From the NCBI RefSeq assembly GCF_009914755.1, contig NC_060937.1: a DNA stretch of 64,000 nucleotides, one strand, 5' to 3'. Made by a program: the position numbers and the translations under genes. Shown here piece by piece: positions 49,860-64,000 of the stretch. Under the pieces are notes generated by a model. That model worked only from the letters and a program-made list of their open reading frames with translations, was not told where the DNA came from and searched no databases. Numbering within the stretch: the stretch's first letter is position 1; the number at the start of each line of letters is the position of its first letter. The DNA comes from the human T2T-CHM13v2.0 reference genome, Homo sapiens.

Positions 49860-50318
49860 TAGCCATCAAATTAAAATTCATACCTATTCATTTCTGCAGT
49901 ATTCATATAATCAGCTCTCTATCAAAAAAACTATGAAAATTATCTGAGTGAATTTAAGAGTTTAAGAAAAACTGGATAATACCAATGAAAATATTTAATT
50001 ATGTGAGAAATTTAAAACATCCCCACTTCAAAAGAAATAAAGGCAAACAAACACTGGGATTTATTATCTTGAATACCCCCATTTACAGAAAATAAAAGGA
50101 AAACATTAAAACTGTCTAATTGATAATGAGCTACAGACATGAATAAGAAATTCTAAAAACATAAAATTATTAAGCTTAGACATCATCATTAGCTTCCATC
50201 ATCTTCTCCATACAAATTCAACACACTGCAAAGTGTTGTCAATTTTGCCTTCTAAATATCTTTCCATTGTTCTCACCCTAGTCTAAGCCACCATTTTCTC
50301 CCTTTAAGACTAGCACAA

Positions 50319-51506
50319 AATGGGCAAAGAACGTGAATAAACATTTTTGAAAGAAGACACACAGACTCTCATGCCTGTAATCCCAACACTTTGGGAGGCT
50401 GAGGCAGGAATATAGCTTAAGTGCAGGAGTTCGAGGCTGCAGTGAAGTAGGATTGCCACTGCACTCCAGCCTGGGCAACAGAGCAAGACTCTGTTTCAAA
50501 AAGAAAGAAAGAGAGAAGACATATAAATAGCCAACAGGTATATGAAAAAATGCCCAATGTGACTGATCATCAGGGAAATGCAAATTGAAACAACAATGAG
50601 ATATCATCTCACACCCATTAGGATGGCGATTACCAAAAAGACAAAGCTACAACAAGCATTGACAAGGGTGTGGAGAACAGTGAATCCTTATGAACTGATG
50701 GTGGAAATGTAAATTAATATAGACATTATGGAAAATTGTATGGAGGTTTTTCAAGAAATTAAAAAATAAAAGTAGCATGTGATCCTCAATCCTACTTCTG
50801 GGGTATATATCCAAGGGAAATGAAATCAGCATGTGGAAGAGATATCTGCATTTCCTTGTTTATTGCAGCACTATTCACAGTAGCAAAGATATGGAAACAA
50901 TACAAGTGTCCATCATCAGATGAATGGATCAAGAAAAACACACACACACACACACACACACACAATGGATACCATTCAGCCATAAAAAGAATGAAATCCT
51001 GCCATTTGTGACAACATACATAAACCTGGAAGACATCATATTAAGTGAAATAAGCCAGGCACAGAAAACAAATACCACATGATCTCATTTATATGTGGAA
51101 TCTAAAAAAGTCAAACTCATAGCAGCAGAGAGTAGAATGGTGGTTACCAGGGGCTGAGAGAGGGAGGCATTGAGGAGTTATCAGCCAAACTATACAGAAT
51201 TTCAGTTACACAGGAGGAGTAAGTTCAAGTGATTTATTGTTCAACATGGTGAATATAGTTAAAAACAATATTGTATTCTTGAAAAATTGCTAAGGGAATG
51301 GATTTTCAATGTTCTTGCCACAAAAAAAAAACTGATAAGCGAGGCAATGCACAATGCCATTTAGCCTGATTTAGCCATTTCACAAAGTATACATATTTCA
51401 AAACATGTTTCACACCATAAATATATACTATTGTGACATAAATATATATATTTATGTGAATTAAATTTGTGTCAATTAAAAAATTTGTGTCAATTAAAAA
51501 AAAAAA
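50319..51506 (+). mobile_element. 5'-truncated L1MA containing an Alu monomer (50368-50515) and (CA)n (50939-50963)
   Basis: Degenerate ORF2 3' end and L1MA 3' UTR; TSD AAGACTAGCACAA at 50306 and 51809. Confidence 0.85.
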
Positions 51507-51510
51507 GACA

Positions 51511-51810
<300 letters not shown>

Positions 51811-52504
51811 GACTAGCACAACACCCTTTAAATGGCCTTCCTGGACTCCCTCTACATCTCCCTCATTGCATTCTCTACACAGTGGGATCATTTTAAAAGA
51901 CGAATCTAATTATATCTCAAATGCACACACCTTTAAGACCCTTCACTGACCTCCCAGTGCTTATAAGGCAAAGATTAAACTTCTTTACGGCTTCTTCTCC
52001 TTTCAGGGCTTTTAAACACTGGTGTACCCTCCCCGACTGCCCTATCCTTTGTCTTCACTCATCACTCCACCTCCTGTGACCTAACCAACTCCTCCTCACA
52101 CCTCAGATCTCACCTAAAAGCCCACTTTGTCAGGGAGGCTTTCCAAAGCAGTCCAGAACCCCCGTTGCACATTAGTGAAGCACCCGTACAGCTCCTTCAT
52201 GGCGCTTTGCACAGGGATCATTCCAATTCACTGCGGGAGAAGTGGGGAGGGATGGCCTCCTACACTCCACCAGGGCAGTGGCTGCTGTTCACTGCACCTA
52301 GCACTGCATGTGATACCTGGAAGACCCTTATTAAAACATTTGTTGGGCAAGTGAATAAACATTACTGATAATAAAATAAATGGACCTTAGAACAAACAGA
52401 CACTAATTTGGCCTGTAAAACAGGCAAAAAAAAAAAATTAAAAAGAAGGCCACTGTTCATTTGTCACGAGCAGGTGTAAAGCACCCTTCTACATTTTCAT
52501 ATCT

Positions 52505-53715
52505 TTTAATTGAGGTGAATTTTGCATAATATAAAATTAACCATTGGAAAGCAGACAATTAAGTGACATTTAGTACATTCACAATGATGAGCAACCATCA
52601 CCCACCAGCTCTACCTAGTTCCAAATATTTCCATCACCCCGAAAGGAAACCTAGTACTCATTAAGCTGTTGCTCTCTGATATGGTTTGGATCTATGTCCC
52701 CGCCCAAATCTCATATTCAATCATAATCTCCAGTGCTGAAAGTGGGGCCTGGTGGGAGGTGATTGAATCATGGTGGTTGTTTCTCAGGAATGGTTTAACA
52801 CCATCCACTTGGTGCTGTTCTCGTCATAGTGAGTGAGTTCTTGCAGGCTCTGGTTGTTAAAAGTGTGTAGCACCTCCCCACACTCTCTCTTGCTCTTACT
52901 CCTGCCATGTAAGACGCCTGCTCCCCCTTTGCCTTCCACCATGAATAACAGCTCCCTGAGGCCTCCCCAGAAACAGATGCTGCCATGCTTCCTGTACAGC
53001 TTACAGAACCCTGAGCCAATTAAACTCTTTTCTTTATAAATTACCTTGTCTCAGGAATTTCTTTTATTTATTTATTTATTGAAACAATGTCTTGCCCTGT
53101 CGCCCAGGCTGGAGTGCAGCGGTGCAATCATGGCTCACAGCAACCTCTGCCACTGGGCTCAGGCGATTCTCCCACCTCAGTCTCCAGAGTAGCTGGGACT
53201 ACAGGTGCACATCACCATGCCCAGCTAATTTTTGTAGTTTTTTTTGTAGAGATGGGGTTTTGCCATGTTGCCCACGCTGGTCTCAAACTCCTGTATTCAA
53301 GCGATCTGCCTGCCTCAGCCTCCCAAAGTGCTGGGATTACAGGCTTGAGCCACCAAGCCTGGCCTAGGAATTTCTTCGTAGCAATGTGAGAATGAATTAA
53401 CACACTCCCCAACCTCCCCCTATCCCCAGCCTCTGGCAACCACCAATCTGCTTTCTGTCTCTGGATTTACCTATTCTTAGCCTTTTATATAAGTGGAATC
53501 ATACAATATGCAGTCTTTTGCGTCTGGCTTCTTTCACTTAGCATAATGTGTTCAAGGGGGTTCATCTAAATTGCAGCATGGATCAGAACTTCATTCCTTA
53601 TTATAAGGGAATAATATTCTACTGTATGTATATACCACAATTTTTATATCCATTAATCTGTTGATGAACATTTGGGTTGTTCTGCCTTTTGGCTATTGTG
53701 AACAGTGCTGCTATG
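52505..53715 (-). mobile_element. L1MB 3' UTR split by an MST LTR
   Basis: CATAATATAAAATTAACCATT...; resumes at CCCCAGCCTCTGGCAACCACCAATCTGC. Confidence 0.78.
52677..53403 (+). mobile_element. MaLR LTR (MSTA/B-like) with an antisense AluJ at ~53060-53364
   Basis: TGATATGGTTTGGATCT start and GAATTAACACA end; Alu TSD AGGAATTTCTT. Confidence 0.85.
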
Positions 53716-54673
53716 ATCTCTTACCTTTCTGATGGGCGTGTAAACTGGTATTGGGCAAACTGATTACCATGCTTGCTAGGCTCTCATCCAGGCATCTGGC
53801 AGGGTTGCTCCATAATGGCACATTGGTTGGGACTGGTCCTCCAGTGCCTGTGCCATCAGTGGTTAAATATTTTGAATAATTATGAACAGATTACCATAAA
53901 TTCAACAAAGTGGGGGACATGTTCTGCTCCCCTTAACCCCACAAAGGACTAAGACAGAGGTAGGTACTTTACCAAGGACAGCCAAATATAATGTGTGCGA
54001 GTGACCAATGAGGTAGCCAGAGGGAAAATTCCGCCTAAATAGGCATGATGACTGTTAGCTAAGCCAGTCCGATTTCTTATGTGGGGAAAATGAACTAAAA
54101 ATATGGATGGGAATTGAAGAGTTGGTAATGGGAGCAGAAGATGAAAAAGGCCAGCTGTGAATGGCTGATTTCTGGAGCAGAGCTTCTTGAGCTGTGACTG
54201 CTGATGGGGGACAAGGTAGCTGGTCCCCAGAGCTCCCCTGCATCCTGAACGACCTGCAGTTGCACCCTGTGTGGCTCAGTGAGTTCTTATTTGTTCTTTG
54301 CAGTTACTATGAGGCCTGGTTTCATGGCTTAGATTCCTGCCCTAAATATTTCTACAATTGTCATTCCTACAAACCTCCCAATGACTGAGGTAATCTGAGT
54401 GATTCTTTGCATCCAAAGGAGCTTAAGGAAAACACCTCTGAAAAGAAGTTAGGTTATAGATATCAAGAGCTTTATAATCATTCAGTCTTTGATCCAATAA
54501 TTCCTCTCTGGAGCTCCAGTCTAAGACAATGATCCCAGAGTCAGAAAAACCACATACACAAGGAAGTTAATCTCAATTTTAGTTTAGTGCAAGAAATTGG
54601 AAACGTGTCCAAATGTTGGCAAATGATTAAAAAAAGGAAAAAAATAAATTGCCTAAATTAGATTAAAAACTTA

Positions 54674-55232
<559 letters not shown>

Positions 55233-55689
55233 AAAGCTTTTTTAAAAAGCAGGGTGTAGTATGGCTTTTAGGCAGAAACAAATCATCCTAAGCTGATATT
55301 TACTTCTTAGAAAAGAGGGAGGAACAAAAGCTTCAGTACTAGTAGAAAACTAAAAGAAAAAGATCCCAGAGACATGGAGAATTCAACCTCCACCGAATTC
55401 CTGAAGGAGCCAGATGGTATTCCCGTTTTCCAGAAGGCACAGGATACTGCCTTTTGAGGGAAGGTCAAAGAAGGGTTTGCTGTAGCTGGGAACACTATGC
55501 CAAATCTAAGTCCACAGTGGCCACCCAGACACAGAGCTTATTAGGAAAAGCTCATGCCATTCCAGATGACAGTTCCAAATGGACAGACTTGTAATTTTTC
55601 CATGTGGATCAGAAACATATACCCACCATACAGCATTGCAGTGAAACTCCAAGAATGGTAGCAGGAAGGAGGTAGAGCAGTTAATTAAT

Positions 55690-56490
<801 letters not shown>

Positions 56491-57254
56491 GAAAGAAGGA
56501 GACCAATGCACCCACAGATGATGACTGATAAAGATGCATGTGGCAAAGATCAGTCCAAGACCCCTAGCCCAGGTCACTAGGAGTAGGTCATGTCATTTGC
56601 TGAGACAGCAAACAAAGAGGAAGGTCAGATTTGTGCCAGGGAGGGCATGGGAAGAAAAGAAAGGAAGAAATCATAAATTTGTTTGGGAAGTTTTTTTCGG
56701 TGTTTTGGTTTTTTTTTTTTGGAGGGCCAGTGGGGCCCAGAAGTTAGAACTGGTACCTCAGGAAACTGGTCGGGATAGAGATGCAGTTGATGAATTAACA
56801 GCAGAGTGCTCAAATTATGAAAGTGAATGAGTAAATGACAGTAGGACATGCTGATAAACAGTTGTTGAATCAACCTTGTGAAACTGCTCAGGAATGTATT
56901 TTATTAGGTTCTTTTGCCAGAAGAGGAACAGAGATAAGTGACCTCAGATACTGAGGTTATTGTAAAGCTGCACAGGAAGCTAGAATACATTGTCACACAG
57001 CAATCAGGACTCATGGAGCCTGAAAGGTCATTGAGGTGCAGTTATTGGGACCAGCCTACGTGTTCACGTGCCCATCACAGGAGTCCTTCTAGTCACAGAG
57101 CCACTCTGTCTCTGCTTCTATTGCTCTTGATAGGGTATTTCTCTTTCTCCCTCAATCTCAATCTCAACCTCTATCCATATTCCTCAAAAGAAATTCTCTA
57201 ATTTATTTGGTTAGTAATCACCTATGAGAGAGAACATTTGATCAGAATTCTTTA

Positions 57255-57660
<406 letters not shown>

Positions 57661-57762
57661 CATGTAGATGATGTTTAAATAATGGGATTGATGAGATTAC
57701 CAAGTAGAGATTGTAGAAATGAGAAGACCTGGAAGCAACCAACATTTAAAAGTCAGACATAG

Positions 57763-58065
<303 letters not shown>

Positions 58066-59265
58066 TCAGACACAGAAAGTAAGACCAGCAAAGAAGACCG
58101 CAAAGGAAGAATGAAATAGGTGGGAAACCAGGAGAGCATGGTGTCAACAGAGGCCAAGATTATTTCTGGAAGAGGAGTGGAGTGAACTATGTCAAATGCT
58201 ACTCAAAGTGAAGTAAGATGAGGACCGAGAAATGACCATTAGATTTGGCAAAATGGAGGACACCTTAATAAGAGCCATTTATTAGAGCGATGAAGACAAG
58301 CCCGACTGGAGTACATTGAAGGGAACTGGAGGTGAGAAAGTAGAGAGAACAAATACATATGTCTCTTTTGAGATGTTTTACCATGAAGAAAAGCACAGAG
58401 GAAATATGGGGTTAAGGAGGTTTCAAGAGGGATGAGCAATATTAAGGCATGTTTGCAAACTGTGGGAAATCATTCCATAAAGAGAGAGACTAACAGTGCA
58501 GTAAAAGGTGAATAATTGCAGGCATAAAGTCCTTGAGAAGGAGGACAAAATAGAATCCAGAGAACTCCAGAGAAGTTTTCGCCAACAGATTTTTTAACCT
58601 ATGGGAGAGCAGTTTTAGGAAAACGGAGGAGGCAAAATCCAAACTGTGCGAGTTTAAGGAATGAAATATGGAACTAAAAATAACACAACTAAAATGACAT
58701 TAGTGGTTCTCTCTGGGTAATACAGGATTTGGGATAATTTTTTTTTTCTGTGCTTCTTTTTACATTTCTGTGACTTTCAAATTTTCTGGAAGGAATTCTT
58801 ACCACTATCATAATTAGGAAAAAAATGCAAAAAGTTTAAGAAAAGTGACGTCAGTAAGTGTACTGAATTGCATCTGTCTTGGAAGTAGGCCCACCCCTGA
58901 GAATACAGGAAGTACAGCAACAGTATCTAGACACAGACGTGACCCTGGCAGGAAGGCCGTGTTGTTCATGATGAAACTGTTTCTCCTTTTCAAATCCCCA
59001 GTCCCATATCTGCTGGGTACTACTAATTCAATGTACTCCAGATACAGGAGGAAGTCCACCCTAGCAGGCAAAACACAATAGCTAAAAAGGGTGGCTGCAG
59101 TCATTGCAGTTGTTCAGTATTGTGGTTGCCTCAGGTGAGGCTTGGAAGTCTAGGCAGATGGACACTTCACGCTACAGAAATGTCTACATGCAGGCAGCCA
59201 CGCTACCAGAGTCCAAGACCAGGACTGGTGGGGTCAAAGGTGGGCTTGTAAGAACTAAGCCCCAT

Positions 59266-59611
<346 letters not shown>

Positions 59612-60012
59612 TTAAGCCCCCAGCAGGCGCACCATAGTGCTCCATTTAACAGAGGCCTCACATTCCTAAAGGACCTCTGAGCTGGTTATTTCCAGGTGAG
59701 GCCTCACATTTTACAGTGATGCACTAAAAGGACTGAAAGAAGGTGACTCTTACCATACAGCTTTGAACATGCTTCCCATTACTAAACCATTCATCTGTCC
59801 TGCATTATAAATTAAGGTATTTATAATCCCACAATTATTTTATGAGCAGCACAATTACATTGCATATTTTTCTTTGATTTAAAAGCCCCAAGGTTTTAGA
59901 GACATTTAAAATGTATCACATTTAAAACTAGCCCTGTTATAGTATTTCTTTATTTTCTGAAGTTAATAGACTTAATTTTTTTAGAATAGTTTCATATTTA
60001 CAGAAAAATTGA

Positions 60013-60451
<439 letters not shown>

Positions 60452-61353
60452 TTATTGTTACAATTGATGAAAACCAATATTGGTACATGATTGGTACCAG
60501 TTATTGGACTTTACCAACTAAAGTCCATAGTTTACATTCGGGTTCACTCTTGCTGTTGTACAGTTCTATAGGTTTTGACAGAAGTATAAGGTCATGTATT
60601 CACCATCATGGTGTCATACAGAGTAGTTTTGCTGCTCTAAAAATCCCCTGTGCATCACCTGTTCACTTTTCCCCCTCTTCACTCCCCTTGGCAACCACTG
60701 ATCTTTTTACTGTCTCTATAGTTTTGCCTTTTCCAGTATATCATACAGTTGGAATCATAGAGTATACAGTCATCTCAGATTGGCTTCTTTCATTTAGAAA
60801 TGCTCATTTAAATTTCTTTTTGTGACTAGATAGTTCATTTCTTTTTATCACTGATTATTATAACATTGTCTGGATATACCACAGTTTTTTATCCACTCAC
60901 CCATTGAAAGACATCTGGTTGCTTCTAATTTTTGGCAATTGTGAATAAAGCTGCTATAAACATCTGTGCACAGGTTTTTGTGTGGCCATAAATTTTCAGT
61001 TCAATTAGGTAAATACCAAGGAGCATGACTGGTAGATCACATGGTAAGACTATGTTTATCTTTGTAAGAAACCATCAAACTGTCTTCCAAAGTGGCTGTG
61101 CCATTTTGCACTCCCACCAGCAGTGAATGAGAGTTCCTGTTGCTCTATATCCTTGCCAACACTTGGTGTTGTCAGTGTTCTGGATTTTGGCCATTCTAAT
61201 AGGTATGTAGTGGTAACCCATTGTTGTTTTAATTTCCAATTTTCTAACGCTATATAATGTGGAGCATCTTTTTATATGAATATTTGTCATCTATATCTTC
61301 TTCCGGGAGATGTCTGTTATGTCTGTTCAGACCTTTGTCCACTTTTTAATGGC

Positions 61354-61673
<320 letters not shown>

Positions 61674-62055
61674 TCTTTTCCTATTTTTGAGTTTTAAAAA
61701 TTCTTTGTATGTTTCGGACACAAGTCCTTTATCAGATATGTATTTTGCAGATATTTTCTCTTGGTCTATGTCTTGTCTTTTCATTCACTTAACGTTTATT
61801 TAATATACTAAGAGCCTAAAAAATTGCAAGTGTCTCAGGCTTCCCTTGACCTCTGAGAAAGTACAGATGAGATAGGTGATGCAAATAAGAATTTCCGGAC
61901 CTGTTTGGCCATGAGACATAGCAGCTCCTATCCACTCAGACCACTAGTCCTTGGGGATCAAGGAAGAAAAGAGAAATAGTCATATCACCCTACCATATGC
62001 CAAACACAAAGCATTTTACATACATTATTCCATAGCTACCTTAAGTAAATCGTGT

Positions 62056-62376
<321 letters not shown>

Positions 62377-63667
62377 TCAAAGCTATTAAGTATCAAACAA
62401 GTGAAACTATCCAAGGTCTCATATCTATGATGTGGCAGAATTGGGATTCAACTCCATAACAAACATCCCTGGGCCAGATACAAGACTACCCTGTCTCAAG
62501 GCAGGTCCCACAGGGGATGGAGAAAAGCGCAGTCCACCGCATGTAGAGGGTGCTGGAGTGGGGCTCATTCTGTGCCAGGGTTGAGATCTCAGGGGCTCTG
62601 CTCGCGGGTGGAAGAACTGCTCCCATTAAGATGGATCTAGAAGGTCTCTTTGGTTTCAAACAAGATCTCAATAAACAGTGGAGATATAGGGAATGGAGTC
62701 TAATTTTTCAGGGACAAGAAATAGGCAAAAATTAAGCAGGGTATTAAGGCTTTAAACAAGCAGGCTGAAGCCCAGCACAAGCCTGCGACAGAGCTAGGGA
62801 AATGGAGCAAAAATGAAGCAAGCTCGGTCACACTGCCACACCAGCAACGTGGTGGGATGCTGAGAGAACCTACTCCTAAGGGGGTGAGAGAGCCTGGGCC
62901 TACCACAGGATCCCCAGCTACAGACAGCAAGGCCCACTCCTGCACTGCTGATTGGTGGGTCTGAGTCTGTCTTCTCAGGGACAAACTGAAGGTCTGCACA
63001 TGGTTAAGGTTTCCTGTTAAACGTCCTCAGAGCCTGCCATGGAAGGGAACAGTCCAAAAGCTTCAAGGAAAGCAGAGACCGCAAGCAGAGGCTCAAGCCA
63101 TAAGTCAGGACTTGGGGAAAAAAGCGAAGAACCCAATTATCAGAAGTGAGCACCAAGCTCAGCACTAACTGATGCCTGTTCTCCGTGCTGAGCTAGGAAA
63201 TGCTGAAACTCCCCTGACTTTAAGACCCATCCCAGAGGTGAGCTTGGGGTTTTTAGCTTAAAGGTGGGGCCTGGTGGGCCTAGTGATAGAAACAAGGCTG
63301 TAGTAAATGAAGAGCACACCTGTGCCAGGCTGGCAGCTGGGACTCTAAGGGGAAGAAGACTTGGTCAACAGACTCTGCGGACCAGAAAAATTCTGCAAAC
63401 CGAAATTCCAAACCCTTTAAGATTCAGGTGCACTGTATATAATGCAATAGAAATGTTCCTGAAAAGCAATATATAAATCAAATTTTTGTAAATTGATACT
63501 TTGAGTGACCCAGAGGAATTTGCTGCTTAAAGGAAATTATTATTTTTGTAAATCTGGTTTCAACTCAATTGGATTTTCTTAAATGGAGCGTTCTTTTAAT
63601 CTGATTTTCTTCTATCAGAGACTGAGACATATATCTCTGATATGTCAAAAAAAAAAAAAAGTAATAC

Positions 63668-63830
63668 AGCTGGGCATGGTGGTACATGCCTGTAGTCCTA
63701 GCCACTCAGGAAGCTGAGGTGGGAAGACTGCTTGAGCACAGGAGTTTGAGGCTGCAATGAGCTATGATCACAGCACTGTACTCCAGTCTGGGTGTCAGAG
63801 CAAGATCCCGTCTCTGAAAAAAAATAATTA
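63668..63830 (+). mobile_element. AluJ right arm / FRAM
   Basis: GAGTTTGAGGCTGCAATGAGCTATGATC with A tail. Confidence 0.85.
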
Positions 63831-63921
63831 AAAATAATAGATGCTACTAGTACATCTTGATTTTAGCAAGGTTTAAATTGTATTCCTTACAATATATTCA
63901 TTAAATTAAAAAATGTGGTCT

Positions 63922-64000
63922 AGGCCAGGTGTGGTGGCTCATGCCTGTAATCCCAGCACTTTGGGAGGCTGAGGTGAGTGGATCATGAGGTCAGGAATTC
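63922..64000 (+). mobile_element. Alu 5' end, cut by the window edge
   Basis: GGCCAGGTGTGGTGGCTCATGCC... Confidence 0.9.

Noticed and set aside
63995-64000. Window ends exactly at GAATTC (EcoRI) inside an Alu
   Set aside because: Possibly a clone end or a coincidence; technical rather than biological.

Overview
This is primate, almost certainly human, genomic DNA. It holds the 5' part of MED4 (Mediator subunit 4) on the minus strand: coding exons 1-3 at 9314-9438, 4712-4778 and 643-813, with a CpG-island promoter at about 9.06-9.66 kb. About 54 kb of upstream intergenic DNA follows. From recall this is 13q14.2, towards ITM2B/RB1. The rest of the window is dominated by transposable elements: roughly 48 Alu pieces, L1/L2/MIR, MaLR LTRs, a near full-length HSMAR2 mariner with both TIRs, and MER44, MER58 and hAT fossils. 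Almost all ORFs in the supplied track are Alu- or L1-derived artefacts. I find no convincing new gene system. The most notable observations are structural: a perfect 35-bp inverted duplication at an LTR end, two inverted Alus sharing the same 27-bp internal duplication, several snap-back or templated-insertion repair scars, a tail-to-tail Alu fusion, a young L1 nested three levels deep, candidate CTCF sites, and a speculative set of minus-strand exon-like units. Repeat subfamily names and boundaries were assigned by eye from recalled consensus sequences and are approximate.
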